DNA of 64,000 nt from an uncultured Gemmatimonadales bacterium (GCA_963823035.1 CAWGKG010000014.1:480001-544000); one strand, 5' to 3'; shown: positions 10,058 through 29,637, counted from the first letter of the stretch. Translations and numbers: made by a program. Notes: a model not told the origin generated them from the sequence alone.

Positions 10058-10933
10058 CTACCGGATTCTCGGGCCCAACCCCGCGCGCGCGATCTGGTCG
10101 GACAGCAGTCCAACGCACCAGACGATCACAGCGCCGAGGAAGCCCATGACCACGGTCTCGGAGAAGTTCCCGACGAAGAGGTCCCAGACGAACTTCGCGA
10201 AGCCGACCAGGAAGAGCACCGCGCCCACCGGGAGGAATACCTTGAGCGGGTTGAAGAAGACCACCGTGCGCAGGATCAGCATGAGGAAGTCGAAGGCGTG
10301 GGACGGCCGGATCTTCGAGGTCCCGGTGCGCGCGCGGTAGTCGATCGGGTGGTAGTGCACGAGCGCATCGTTGCACAGCGCCGCGAGCGTGATCGACGTG
10401 GTGAAGGAGAAGCCGGAGGGGAGGAGGTGCTCGAAGCGCTCGACGAGCCGCCTGTGCACCACGCGCAGCCCCGAGTTGAGGTCGGGAATGTGCTGGCCGG
10501 CCAGGTAGCCGGCCAGACGCGCGAGGAACCACTTGGCCGGCCGGCGCAGGGCCGGGATGTGCACGTCCGCCCCCGTACGCGCCCCCACCACCATGTCGAA
10601 GTCGGACGCGTACCCGAGCAGCGCGGGGATCGCCTCGGCCGGGTAGGTGCCGTCGGCGTCCGTGATGACGATCAGGTCGTAGCGCGCGCGTGCGATCCCC
10701 GTCTTGAGCGCGCCCCCGTAGCCGAGGTTCTTCGCGATCCGGACGACGGTGGCGCCCTCCTCGCGGGCGATGTCACCCGTCCCGTCGGTGGAGCCGTCGT
10801 CGACGACGATCAGCTCCCACGGCCGATCCAGCTTCTCCATGACGCCCCGGATCTCGCGCACGCTCGCGGCGATCGCCTCGCGCTCGTCGTAGGCCGGAAC
10901 CACGACGCTGACGCCCTCCACCGCGTCGCTCAT
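10058..10933 (-). CDS. GT2 polyprenol-phosphate glycosyltransferase (DPM1/GtrB-like)
   Basis: SVVVPAYDE, VDDGSTDGT, DADG, two C-terminal TM helices; ATGA overlap with ruvA stop. Confidence 0.88.
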   Translation of the reverse strand: MSDAVEGVSVVVPAYDEREAIAASVREIRGVMEKLDRPWELIVVDDGSTDGTGDIAREEGATVVRIAKNLGYGGALKTGIARARYDLIVITDADGTYPAEAIPALLGYASDFDMVVGARTGADVHIPALRRPAKWFLARLAGYLAGQHIPDLNSGLRVVHRRLVERFEHLLPSGFSFTTSITLAALCNDALVHYHPIDYRARTGTSKIRPSHAFDFLMLILRTVVFFNPLKVFLPVGAVLFLVGFAKFVWDLFVGNFSETVVMGFLGAVIVWCVGLLSDQIARAGLGPRIR

Positions 10934-11523
10934 CGGTAGGAGAGCGCCCTGCGGATGATCTCGTCCGCGGTCTTCCCCGCAGCGCCGTCCTCGAGCGCCT
11001 GGCGCACGGCGTGGTCGGCGTCCGCGAAGCCATAGCCCAGGGCGACCAGGGCTTTCACGGCCTCCTGCGCGCCCGCGCCGCCGGGCTCCGAGCGGCCACC
11101 CGGGGCACTCACGGCGAGGTCCGCGACCTTGTCCGCGAGCTCCAGGACGAGCTTCTCCGCCTTCTTGCGCCCGACGCCGCTCACCTGCTGCAGCGCGGCC
11201 AGGTCCTTCTCGACCAGCGCCCGTGCGAGCCGGTCGGCCCGATACGTGCTCATCATGGCCAGGGCGAGCTTGCCGCCCACGCCCGACGCGGTGAGCAGGC
11301 GCTGGAAGAGCGTGCGCTCGACCTCGTCGATGAAGCCGTACAGCGCCACCGAGCTGTCCGTCACCACCTGGACGGTGCGCATCTCCACGGCGTTTCCCGG
11401 CGTGGGCAGTCGCTGGAGCACGGTGAGCGGCACGTCGAGCTCGTAGACGACGCCGCCCGCCGTCTCGATCTCGATACCGTCGACGTCGCGCGTCACGAGC
11501 ACACCCTTCAGGCGGCTGATCAT
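10930..11523 (-). CDS. ruvA: Holliday junction branch migration protein RuvA
   Basis: GVVYEL, LYGF, GVGGKLAL and GVGRKKAEKLVLEL HhH motifs, ALVALGY. Confidence 0.96.
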   Translation of the reverse strand: MISRLKGVLVTRDVDGIEIETAGGVVYELDVPLTVLQRLPTPGNAVEMRTVQVVTDSSVALYGFIDEVERTLFQRLLTASGVGGKLALAMMSTYRADRLARALVEKDLAALQQVSGVGRKKAEKLVLELADKVADLAVSAPGGRSEPGGAGAQEAVKALVALGYGFADADHAVRQALEDGAAGKTADEIIRRALSYR

Positions 11524-12041
11524 CGGGGGAAGCTCCCCGCCATGCAGTGACAGAGGGCAGCCGCCACCCCATCCGCGGCGTCCGCCGGAGAGGGGGCGTC
11601 GCGAAGCTTGAGCTGCTGCATCACCATGAAGCCCACCTGGTCCTTGGTCGCCTGGCCCGTACCCACCACCGCCTTCTTGATCTCACCCGGGGTGTACTCG
11701 GCGATCGGCACGTCCCGCAGCGCGGCGGCGAGGAGGATCGCGCCGCGCGCATGCCCGAGCGTGAGCGCGCTGCGCACGTTCTTTCCCTGGAAGACGTTCT
11801 CGACGGACATCGCGAAGGGGCGATGGCGCTCGAGGAGGCCGTCCACCTCCAGGTAGATCTCGCGGATGCGCTGCGCCAGGGGCTTCCCGGGGGAGGTGCG
11901 GATCACGCCACACTCCACCAACGAGACGGCGCCGCCACCCCGTCGGGCGACGACGCCGAAGCCGGTGATGGCCGTGCCCGGATCGATCCCGAGGATCAGG
12001 ACCGGCCCGGGGCCGGGTGCGTGTCGGTCTTCGAAGGTCAC
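11520..12041 (-). CDS. ruvC: Crossover junction endodeoxyribonuclease RuvC
   Basis: ILGIDPG, ENVF, LGHARG, KKAVVG.G.ATKDQV, DAADGVAAALCH. Confidence 0.96.
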   Translation of the reverse strand: MTFEDRHAPGPGPVLILGIDPGTAITGFGVVARRGGGAVSLVECGVIRTSPGKPLAQRIREIYLEVDGLLERHRPFAMSVENVFQGKNVRSALTLGHARGAILLAAALRDVPIAEYTPGEIKKAVVGTGQATKDQVGFMVMQQLKLRDAPSPADAADGVAAALCHCMAGSFPR

Positions 12042-12056
12042 TCCGCTGGACGGACG

Positions 12057-12799
12057 TCAGACATCGGCGAGCGCCGCCTCGTCGATATCGGCGTTGGAGT
12101 GCACCTTCTGGACGTCGTCCAGCTCCTCGATCGCGTCCAGGAGCTGATGAGCTTCTCGGCGTCCTTGCCCGCGACCGCGACCTCGTTCTTCGCGACCCAT
12201 ACGAGCTCCGCCGAGGCGACCTCGATCCCCTTGGCCTTGATGCCCTCCTGGACCTCGTTGAAGACCGTGTAGTCGCAGGTGACGACGAACTCGTCCTCCT
12301 CGCGCACCAGGTCCTCCGCACCCGCTTCGATCGCGGCCTCGAACACGGCCTCCTCGGTGTGCTCCTCCGCATCGACGACCACCTGGCCCTTGCGGTCGAA
12401 CTGCCACGCCACCGAGCCTGTGGTGCCGAGCGAGCCGCCGTGGCGGCCCAGCGCGTGGCGGATGTCCGCCACCGTCCGGTTCGCGTTGTCGGTCAGCGTC
12501 TCGATGTAGAGCGCCACCCCCGCCGGGCCGTACCCCTCGTACGAGACCTCCTCGTAGTGGACGCCCTCGAGCTCGCCGGTGCCCTTCTTGATGGCGCGCT
12601 CGATGTTGTCGGAGGGCATGTTCGCGGCCTTGGCCGTATCCACGGCCAGCCGCAGGCGGGGGTTGAAGTCGGGGCTGCCGCCACCGACCCGCGCGGCGAC
12701 GGTGATCTCGCGGATGAGCTTGGTGAAGGCGGCGCCGCGCTTGGCGTCGATGGTCGCCTTCTTGCGCTTGATCGTTGCCCACTTGCTGTGGCCGGACAC
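12057..12799 (-). CDS. yebC: YebC/PmpR family protein; one frameshift near 12146
   Basis: SGHSKWATIKRKK, YEGYGP.GVA, TDN.NRT; C-terminus LLDAIEELDDVQKVHSN in adjacent frame. Confidence 0.92.
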
Positions 12800-12869
12800 G
12801 GAAGGACCTCGGTGCGATGCGTCGGACTGCGGGGAGCGCAGCAAAGGTACGTGGGAGAGGGGCCGTGGA

Positions 12870-13585
12870 TCAATCGTGGGGTTGGCGGCCCGTGCAACCG
12901 TTTCGTCCGTCCTCCTCCAGCACGAGGCTCCAGACGAAGCCGGGTGTGCGCCGCCACCACCCCGCGAAGGCACGGTCGCCCCCCGCGACGCGGACCGACG
13001 CCCATTCGCCGGCGGCCGTCGGACGGGTGCCCTCCACCTCGACCGAGCGCGTGTCCATCCGCAGCCCTTCGCCCAGCGCCTTCAGCGCCGACTCCTTGGC
13101 GCTCCACACCAGCGTCGCGCGTACGTCCCGCTCGGCCGCATCCTCCCGGATCCAGGCCGCTTCGGCGGGCGTGAAGTAGTCGGAGACGAAGGCCTCGCTC
13201 CTCGGAGCGACCGCCTCCACGTCGCAACCCAACCGGGTATGGCCCAACAGGGCCGCCGCGAAGCCGACGCCCTCCGAATGGCTCAAGGTGAGCGAGACGT
13301 GGGGCCACCCGTTGGGCGGCATGAAGCGGAGCGTCGGCGCACCCCCCTCCGAGGCGAGGATCTCGATCTGCTCGCGAGGGAGCGTGGGGAACCCCAGCGC
13401 CACCTGCGCCGCACCCTTCGCCACCCATCGGCCCAGCCGCCAGTCCGCGCGCCGCTTGGGCACGCGCCGTGTGCTCAGCCACAGACGCTCGGCCTCGGTG
13501 AGCCACGCGTCGTGCTCCGGCACGGACGCGGCGTCCGCGACGTGGACGCTCACGTCGGCGAGCGACGGGATCAGGCGGGCGGGCG

Positions 13586-13589
<4 letters not shown>
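12870..13589 (-). CDS. Sfp-type 4'-phosphopantetheinyl transferase
   Basis: RRADWRLGRWVAK, GAP, SLTLSHS, GCDVE, WSAKESALKALG; ATGA overlap with PKS stop. Confidence 0.9.
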
Positions 13590-22044
<8,455 letters not shown>

Positions 22045-22048
<4 letters not shown>

Positions 22049-23725
22049 ACCTCCACGGTTTCGTACAGCGCGTGGGCCACGTGGTCCATGTCGTCGATGA
22101 GGCCCGCCTGGGCGTCGTGCAGCGCCGCCAGCCCCAGGGCGACCTCGAAGGCCGGGCGGTCGGCGGCGCTCACCCCGTCGGCGCCCACGGCCCAGCGCAT
22201 CCCTTCGGCGGCCAGCTTGGCGGCCGCCTCCCTCGCGAAGACGCGGCTCACGGCCGCGAGCCCATCCGGCTTCAGACGGGCGTCGGCCTTGTCGGGAAGC
22301 GTCCCCGCCACCGCCGCCGCCGCGCGGCGCGCCAGGGCGCCCGCACCCTCCACCCAGGCCACCAATTCGCCCAGGCGGAAGAGAACGTGCTGATGGCGCG
22401 TGAGCCGCTGGACGCGCGCCCGCTCCAGGAGCTCGGCGAGCGCCCGGGTCGCCATCGCCGCGATGTTCGCGCCGACGCCCGGACTCGTCGCGTGCAGCGC
22501 GTCGAGTGCGGCGGCCTCGTCGTGGTAGTGCCGCCCGCGCGTCTTCAGGTGGGCCTGCCAGCGGTCACGCGCGATCGTCATCTCCATGATCTCCGAGGTG
22601 CCCTCGTAGATCGTGGTGATGCGCACGTCCCGCCGGATCTTCTCGACCATGTACTCGCGCACGTACCCGTAGCCGCCGTGCGCCTGGATCGCGGCGTCGG
22701 CCGCGCCGTTGCCCGCCTCCGTGGCCAGGTACTTCGCGATCGCGCCCTCGGTGTTGAGCGTCCCCTCTCCCGCGTCGATGCGGGTGGCCGTCTCCTCGAT
22801 GTAGGCGCGTCCCGCCTCCAGCCTGCAGGCGTGCGGGACGATGAGCTTGTGCGTGTAGCCCTGCTTCTGCGAGAGGGGCGTGCCGCCCTGGATGCGCGTG
22901 GTCGAGTAGCGGATCGCCCGGTCGAGGGCCTCCCACCCGGCCCCGAGCCCGAAGGCCGCGACCATCAGGCGCGTGTAGCCGAAGACGAGCTGGGCCTGCA
23001 CCAGCCCCTGGCCCTCGACCAGGCCGACCACGCTCGACGCGGGAACGAAGACGTCCTCCAGCGAGAGCGCGGCGGTGTTGCTGGCGCGGATGCCGTGCTT
23101 GTCCTCGGGAATGCCGTGACTGAACCCCTCGAGGCCCTTCTCCAGGACGAACCAGGTCGGGTCCGCCGGGCGCGAGCGCGAGCACGCTGTAGAGGTCGGC
23201 GTAGCCGCCGTTGCTGATCCACATCTTGGCGCCGTTCAGGCGATATCCCGTCACCACGCCGTCCTCGACGACGGGGGTGGCCGTGGTGCGGAGCGCACCC
23301 AGGTCGCTCCCCGCCTCGGGCTCCGTGGCGCCGTACGCCATCAGCAGCCCCTCCTCGGCGATGCGCCCCAGCCAGAGTGCCTTCTGCTCCTCCGTGCCGC
23401 CGAAGAGGATCGGGTCGCTGCCCAGGAACGTCGCCAGCACCCCGGTCGCGACGGCCAGGTCGATGGCGGCCATCAGCGCGCACACCCGGTAGACGTCGAA
23501 CGCGCCCCCGCCCATCCCGCCGTACGCTTCGGGGATGAAGAGGAGTTGCACGCCCAGGTCCGAGCACATGGCGCGCACGGTTTCCTCGGGAAACTCGTGG
23601 GAGCGGTCCAGGTCGAGCAGCCGCTGCTCCGGGAGATGGTGCTCCGAGAACTCGCGGATGGAGTCGAGGATCATGCCGAGGGTCTCCGCATCGAGACCCG
23701 CAAGGCCCTGGACGGCAGTGCTCAT
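22045..23725 (-). CDS. Acyl-CoA dehydrogenase with C-terminal extension; frameshift near 23160
   Basis: [27 protein letters not shown]; then [23 protein letters not shown]; stop overlaps PKS start region. Confidence 0.9.
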
Positions 23726-23941
23726 GGGCTTTTCCGGCCGGAACGAGGGACGTTGGCGCCGGGACACGGACGCACCCGTCCCGGCACCGTGTACGATCCC
23801 GCTCGGACGATCCCCGAGATAGAGGGCGGAAACCGGAGGATTTTGCGGGAAAAAGCCTTAGCCTACGTGGGGAGTTGCCCGACAGGACCGCCCGCGGGTT
23901 AGATTGTCCCGCTCGAGCCCACCACCGACCGCCGGCTTTCC

Positions 23942-26155
23942 GTGCCCCTGCCCCTCCGCTTCCCCCTGCTCGCGCTCGGCCTCCTCGCGGGGCTGGCGCC
24001 CGCCCGGGCCCGCGCCCAGGCCCCGGCCCCGATCGACGTGGAAACGGCGCCCCGACCCCAGGCGGTCGCCACCCGGGTGACGACGCCCATCGTGCTGGAC
24101 GGCGTCCTGGACGAGGCCGCCTGGGCCGGGGCGCCCGTGCTGGGCGGCTTCGTGCAGTCCCGCCCGGACAGGGGGATGCCGGCCACGGAGGAGACCGAGG
24201 TCCGCATCCTCTACGACGACGCCAACCTGTACATCGGGGTGGAGCTGCTCGACCGCGAGCCGGACAAGCTGACGATCCCGAGCCTGGAACAGGACTTCGA
24301 GAGCGGGAACTCGGACATCTTCGGGATCACCCTGGACACGTTCCTCGACCGGCGGAACGCCTTCATGTTCCTCGTGAACCCGAAGGGCGCCGTGAAGGAG
24401 GCGCAGGACTTCGACGACTCGCGCCAGGAGAACGCGGCGTGGGAGGGCATCTTCGAGGTCCGCACCACCGTGCACGAACGCGGCTGGACGGTGGAGTGGG
24501 CCATCCCCTTCACGACGCTGCGCTTCGACCCCCGCAAGGACCCGCAGACGTGGGGGATGAACATGATGCGGCGCATCCGGCGCAAGAACGAGGAGTCGTA
24601 CTGGGCGCCGATCGACCAGCGCGACCGCATCCACAAGATGTCCAAGGCCGGAACGCTCACCGGGCTGCGGGGACTGCGCTCCGGGCGGAACCTGGTGGTG
24701 AAGCCGTACGTGGTGGCCGCGCGCGCCGAGGGCGGCGCGGACGGCGGGGCCGAAGGCGGCTCCTCGGACGCGGGGATCGACCTCAAGTACGGCGTCACCC
24801 CCCGCCTCACGCTGGACCTGACCTGGCGGACGGACTTCAGCCAGGTGGAGGTGGACCAGGAGCGCGTGAACCTCACCCGCTTCAGCCTCTTCTTCCCCGA
24901 GCGGCGCGACTTCTTCACCGAGAACTCCGGGGTCTTCTCGTTCGGGGACATCACCGAGCGCAACTACCGGTCCGGCTCGTCGCTGTCGAACTTCACGCTC
25001 TTTCATTCCCGGCGCATCGGACTGGACGCGAACGGCCAGGAGGTGCCGATCGTGGGCGGCGGGCGGCTCACCGGAAGGGCGGCGGGATTGGAGATCGGCG
25101 CGCTCGACATGCAGACGCGGGCGGCGAGCGGGCTACCCGAGGAGAACTTCGCCGTGCTGCGCGCCAAGCGGACGGTGGAGGGCGTCGGGGACTTCGGCGG
25201 GATCTTCGTGAACCGGCAGGCGACCGACGGCTCGGGCTCCTTCAACCGGACGTACGGGGTGGAGGCCAACCTCGCGCCGCACCGCTACCTGCGCATCGAC
25301 TCCTACCTCGCCAAGGTGGACGACGCGACGGCCACCGGATCGGACTGGGCCGGGCGCGTCTGGGTCGGGTGGCGGGACCCCTTCTGGAACGTCGCAGGCT
25401 CCGTGAAGCAGGTAGGGGACGGCTTCGTGCCGCGCGTAGGCTTCGTGCGCCGCCGCGGGGTGCGCCAGGAGTACGGCACCGTGGGCGTGCACGTCAGGCC
25501 CGTCTCGATCGGATGGCTCAACGAGGTGAACCCCTTCGTGGAGGTCGACTACACCACCGACCTGGACGGCCGCCTGTTGTCGCGCAGCTGGGCCGCCTCC
25601 TTCGACGTGAGCTACCGCGACGGGGGGAGCCTCGGCTTCGACCTCGTCGACGACTTCGAGCGGCTCGACGAGCCATTCACGGTGCGTCCCGGCGCGGTCG
25701 TACCGGTGGGCGACTACGACTTCCGCACGGCGCGCGTCAGCGCCGGGACGTCTGCCGGACGACCGCTGTGGGCACGCGTCAGCCTGGCCAACGGCGGCTT
25801 CTACGACGGGCGGCGCACGACGCTGTCGCTCTCGGGGCAGTGGCGCGTGGACTACCACCTCGCGTTCGACTACTCGGCCGAGCGCAACGAGGTATCGCTC
25901 CCGGGGGCCGAGGACTTCGCCGCCAACGTCTACGGCCTGCGCGCGATCTTCGCGGCGTCCACGCGCTTCTTCACGAGCGCGTTCGTACAGTACAACGCGC
26001 TCACCGAGGAGGTGGTGACGAACGTGCGGGTGGACTACATCCACGCGCCGCTGTCGGACCTCTTCCTCGTCTACACGGAGCGTCGGGACCGCACGGGTTC
26101 CGTCCCCGCCGACCGGCTCCTCTCCTTCAAGGTCACGAAGGCGATCGCCTTCTAG
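23942..26155 (+). CDS. DUF5916/CBM9-like outer-membrane protein
   Basis: Signal peptide; IVLDGVLDEAAW, LYDDANLYI, DFSQVEVD..VNLTRFSLFFPERRDFF; terminal Phe. Confidence 0.85.
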   Translation: MPLPLRFPLLALGLLAGLAPARARAQAPAPIDVETAPRPQAVATRVTTPIVLDGVLDEAAWAGAPVLGGFVQSRPDRGMPATEETEVRILYDDANLYIGVELLDREPDKLTIPSLEQDFESGNSDIFGITLDTFLDRRNAFMFLVNPKGAVKEAQDFDDSRQENAAWEGIFEVRTTVHERGWTVEWAIPFTTLRFDPRKDPQTWGMNMMRRIRRKNEESYWAPIDQRDRIHKMSKAGTLTGLRGLRSGRNLVVKPYVVAARAEGGADGGAEGGSSDAGIDLKYGVTPRLTLDLTWRTDFSQVEVDQERVNLTRFSLFFPERRDFFTENSGVFSFGDITERNYRSGSSLSNFTLFHSRRIGLDANGQEVPIVGGGRLTGRAAGLEIGALDMQTRAASGLPEENFAVLRAKRTVEGVGDFGGIFVNRQATDGSGSFNRTYGVEANLAPHRYLRIDSYLAKVDDATATGSDWAGRVWVGWRDPFWNVAGSVKQVGDGFVPRVGFVRRRGVRQEYGTVGVHVRPVSIGWLNEVNPFVEVDYTTDLDGRLLSRSWAASFDVSYRDGGSLGFDLVDDFERLDEPFTVRPGAVVPVGDYDFRTARVSAGTSAGRPLWARVSLANGGFYDGRRTTLSLSGQWRVDYHLAFDYSAERNEVSLPGAEDFAANVYGLRAIFAASTRFFTSAFVQYNALTEEVVTNVRVDYIHAPLSDLFLVYTERRDRTGSVPADRLLSFKVTKAIAF

Positions 26156-27213
26156 GGCGCGGATCCGGGGTGTCCGACCCGCGCGGGGGGTGAGGGCACG
26201 GCAGTCTGGATCAGGAAGGTGATCGCGCGCTCCAGGATGAGGTCCTCGCCGGTCTCGGGGTGGGGTGAGCTGGAGAGGAGATCGGGCGCCAGCCCGATGC
26301 CCTCGTAGATATCGCCATCCGCCGTGACCTGCCTCCAGCGGGGAACGTGCAGGAGCCACCCGTTGGGCAGCTCGCGGGCGATCGGGTTGCCGGATCCGCC
26401 CCCCGTCGTGTCGCCGATGAACGTCGTGTTCGCCCGTGTGCGCATGGCCAGGACGAAGTCCTCCGCGGCCGAGAAGACCCCGCGGTTCTGGAGGACCGCG
26501 ACGGGCCCGTCGAAACGCTGGGCGCCTTGCGGCCCGACTGTCGTCGCCACCTCGGGTCCGAAGTCCTCGTGTCCGGGCCCGTTCTTGTACCGGACCATGC
26601 GGTACACCGCCTCCTCTTCGAGGAAGCGCCCCGCCGCCGCCTCGGCCTCGGAGTCCGAGCCGCCCCCGTTGCTGCGTACGTCGATGACGAGCGCGTTCAG
26701 CGGGCCCATCGCCGCCAGGGCCGCATCCACGGCCTCGCCGACACCCTCGCGGCCGAACGACGGGATACGGAGGTACCCCATGCCGTCGCGGAGCATCGCC
26801 CAGCTCGCCACGCCGCCGGCCTCGACCCCCATCGGCCGCCGGAGGTAGCGGGCGGTGGCCGCCGCCGCGTAGTTGGTGGGGTGGTCCTCGACCCACCCAC
26901 GCCACGCGTGCCGGCTACCGACACCCTCCAGCGCCAGGTGACCGTCACGGAGCCGGTCCAGCATCCCGGAGAGGATGCCGAACAGCTCGTCCGGCCCGGT
27001 GTCGGGGCCGACCCGCGCGAGGTACTCCCCGCCGACGGCGTCCCAGTCGACCCCCTTGAGGGCGAACCAGGGATAGTAGGCGTCCACCTCCTCCCAGGCG
27101 GCGCTTGCCACCTCCTCGGGCCCGTTCCCGGGGTCCGGCGGAAGCAACGCGTCGGCGCACGCGCTCGAGAAGAGGACGACGGCAGCCGACCCGGCGGCGC
27201 GTGCGAGGCTCAC
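26152..27213 (-). CDS. S41 family peptidase lipoprotein
   Basis: Lipobox SSAC; YPWF..KGVDW, LRDGH, IDVRSNGGG, FSAAEDF, GDTTGGG, EGIGLAPD. Confidence 0.88.
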   Translation of the reverse strand: MSLARAAGSAAVVLFSSACADALLPPDPGNGPEEVASAAWEEVDAYYPWFALKGVDWDAVGGEYLARVGPDTGPDELFGILSGMLDRLRDGHLALEGVGSRHAWRGWVEDHPTNYAAAATARYLRRPMGVEAGGVASWAMLRDGMGYLRIPSFGREGVGEAVDAALAAMGPLNALVIDVRSNGGGSDSEAEAAAGRFLEEEAVYRMVRYKNGPGHEDFGPEVATTVGPQGAQRFDGPVAVLQNRGVFSAAEDFVLAMRTRANTTFIGDTTGGGSGNPIARELPNGWLLHVPRWRQVTADGDIYEGIGLAPDLLSSSPHPETGEDLILERAITFLIQTAVPSPPARVGHPGSAP

Positions 27214-27998
27214 CGCGAGCCCCCCAGCACGATCCCGAGGCCGGCGCCGAGCTGCTGCTGCACCACCCGCACGAGTCGGTTCCTGTCGGTGTCGTAGTAG
27301 CGCAGCTCGTGGGTGAGCTGGAGCCGGATGCGCGGCGACATCGCCCACGTGACGGACATCCGGTGATGGAAGACGCGGAGCGAGGCCGGACCCGCGAGGG
27401 ATGCGTCCGGGAAGGTCTTCGTCGCGGCCCATGGGCTCCGGAAGAGGACGGCGACGAGGCCCACGCCCACACGCTCGTCGACGACCGTGGTCCCGAGAAC
27501 CCGGCTCACCTCCCCGACCGCCGAGACGGGGAAGACGAGGTCCGCGAAGTACTCGCGCGGCGCGCTCCTCCCGTAGTGGTGCCGGCGCACGAAGGCCAGG
27601 CCCGACAGGCCGACACCGGCCCGCACCGTCGTGCGCGCACCTCCGCCGACCGGCCGGAGATAGGCGACGTCGAGGCCAGCCATCCACCCGTCCTCGACGC
27701 CCGCGTCGGGTCCGTCCAGGCTCGAGGAGGTGCCCACGGAGGTGACCAGGAGATCGACCGAGAAGGCGCCGTGCGCGAATCCGACCCCCAGCGCGGGGCC
27801 CGTTCCGGATTGGCGGAAGGGGGACGCGAGCAGGTCCGTGTGCGCGTCGAAGGTCGGCCCCACCCTGAGCCCGAGCCGACTGGAGTCGGCCGCCGCCGCA
27901 TGCGCCGGCAACGCACGCGCAACGGCGGGCCCCGGAGCCGCCACCAGGAGCACGGCCAGGAGCCCGCCGAGGCGAACGCTCTCCAGGGCCACGCTCAC
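27210..27998 (-). CDS. Hypothetical secreted/outer-membrane beta-strand protein coupled to S41 peptidase
   Basis: Signal peptide; amphipathic strands; GTGA overlap with S41 gene. Confidence 0.55.
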   Translation of the reverse strand: MSVALESVRLGGLLAVLLVAAPGPAVARALPAHAAAADSSRLGLRVGPTFDAHTDLLASPFRQSGTGPALGVGFAHGAFSVDLLVTSVGTSSSLDGPDAGVEDGWMAGLDVAYLRPVGGGARTTVRAGVGLSGLAFVRRHHYGRSAPREYFADLVFPVSAVGEVSRVLGTTVVDERVGVGLVAVLFRSPWAATKTFPDASLAGPASLRVFHHRMSVTWAMSPRIRLQLTHELRYYDTDRNRLVRVVQQQLGAGLGIVLGGSR

Positions 27999-28002
27999 CG
28001 CC

Positions 28003-29637
28003 TCAGGGGCCGTCCTCCTCCTGACTGATGGCCTTCGGATGGACGGTCGGATACGTGATGCCGAGCTGCTCGAGATACGTGCCGAACTTCGAGGGATCGT
28101 AGTAGTACGGCCGCATGAGCGGGCGATACCGCTCCATGATGTCGGCGTTCAGGAACGTCGCGGGCTTGTCCGACGCGCTGATGAAGGCCGTGTACTTCTG
28201 CTCCTTCGTCTGCACGTCGTTGAAGTAGGCCCACGCGTCCGTGACCACCTGGGGCGTGAGGAGGATGTCGAGCAGCGTGAGCGCCTGCACCTTCGCGCCG
28301 GCCACGCCGCCCTTGTGCGCGATGGGCGTGGCCATGGCGATGCCGTTCGCCCAGTTGTGCCCCGGACCGCCGGGCATGTTCGACGGATAGCTCAGCACCA
28401 CGGTCGGCATGTTCCAGGAGATGTCGCCGATGTCGTCCGAGCCGCCGCCGAGCGAGCGCTCCAGGTCGACGGGACCGCGCATGGGTCGGATCGAGTCGGC
28501 GAGCCCGCGCTCCTCCTGGCCGAGCTCGCGCTGCAGCGCGTTGGCGAGCTGAACGTCCTTCTCGTCCCACTTCGGCAGACCCACGCGCTCGATGTTGGCG
28601 TACGTCACCTCCGCGATCGTCTTGTTGAAGTGTCCGGACCAGGCGGAGCCGACCGTCTGGATCGTGTCGATCTCCGCGCCGGTCATGAGCGCGGCCCCCT
28701 GAGCCATCTTCACGGCGGCCTCGTACATCGCCTTCGTGCGCGGGTAGTCACGCTCGCGGAAGTAGAACCAGATGCCGGCCGACTGCGGCACCACGTTGGG
28801 CTGGTCCCCACCGTCGATGATCACGTAGTGCGATCGGGACGCCGGCTCCAGGTGCTCGCGGTGGTATTCCCACGCCGTGGCCATGAGCATCGCGGCGTCC
28901 AGCGCGGAGCGGCCCCGCCACGGCGCGCCGGCGGCGTGCGCCGACTCGCCCTTGAACCTGAACTGCACCGACCAGAGGGCGTTCGAGCCGGATTGCCCCC
29001 ACGACACGCCGAAATTCGAGCCCACGTGCGTGAAGAGGTTCACGTCCACGCCGTCGAACACGTGGTCCCGGACGTAGAAGGCCTTGGAGGCCACCTGCTC
29101 CTCGGCGATGCCCGGCCAGATCAGGAGCGTGCCCGAGATGTTCTCGCGCTCCATGATCTCCTTCACGGCCAACGCGGCCACGATGTTCACGGCCTGCCCG
29201 GAGTTGTGCCCCTCGCCGTGCCCCGGCGCGCCCGCGACGATCGGGTCGTGGTAGCCCACCCCGGGCTTCTGGTTGGCCTGCGGGATGTCGTCGACGTCCG
29301 AGCCGAGCGCGATCACGGGCTTGCCGGTGCCGTTCGTCCACCGCGCCGTCCACGCCGAGGGCATCCCCGCCACGCCCTTCTCCACCTGGAATCCGTGGTC
29401 CGCCAGCAGCCCCGTCAGGTACCGCTGCGTCTCGAACTCCTGCATGCCGAGCTCCCCGAAGGAGAACAGCATGTCGATGATCTCCTGGACCATCTTCGCG
29501 TTGTCCTGGACCTTCTCGAGCGCCTGCTCCTTGAGGCGCTCCAGCCGGGGGTCCGCGTTCTGCGCCGTCAGCACGGACGGCAGTGCCATGGCGGCCGCCA
29601 GGGCGATGGGGACGACTCGGCGCGCGGTCGAGCGCAT
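28003..29637 (-). CDS. Secreted M20 amidohydrolase (AbgB-like), paralog 1
   Basis: ELGMQEFET, GHGEGHNSG, AEE, G.SAHAA.APWRGRSALDA, GGSDDIGD. Confidence 0.9.
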   Translation of the reverse strand: MRSTARRVVPIALAAAMALPSVLTAQNADPRLERLKEQALEKVQDNAKMVQEIIDMLFSFGELGMQEFETQRYLTGLLADHGFQVEKGVAGMPSAWTARWTNGTGKPVIALGSDVDDIPQANQKPGVGYHDPIVAGAPGHGEGHNSGQAVNIVAALAVKEIMERENISGTLLIWPGIAEEQVASKAFYVRDHVFDGVDVNLFTHVGSNFGVSWGQSGSNALWSVQFRFKGESAHAAGAPWRGRSALDAAMLMATAWEYHREHLEPASRSHYVIIDGGDQPNVVPQSAGIWFYFRERDYPRTKAMYEAAVKMAQGAALMTGAEIDTIQTVGSAWSGHFNKTIAEVTYANIERVGLPKWDEKDVQLANALQRELGQEERGLADSIRPMRGPVDLERSLGGGSDDIGDISWNMPTVVLSYPSNMPGGPGHNWANGIAMATPIAHKGGVAGAKVQALTLLDILLTPQVVTDAWAYFNDVQTKEQKYTAFISASDKPATFLNADIMERYRPLMRPYYYDPSKFGTYLEQLGITYPTVHPKAISQEEDGP

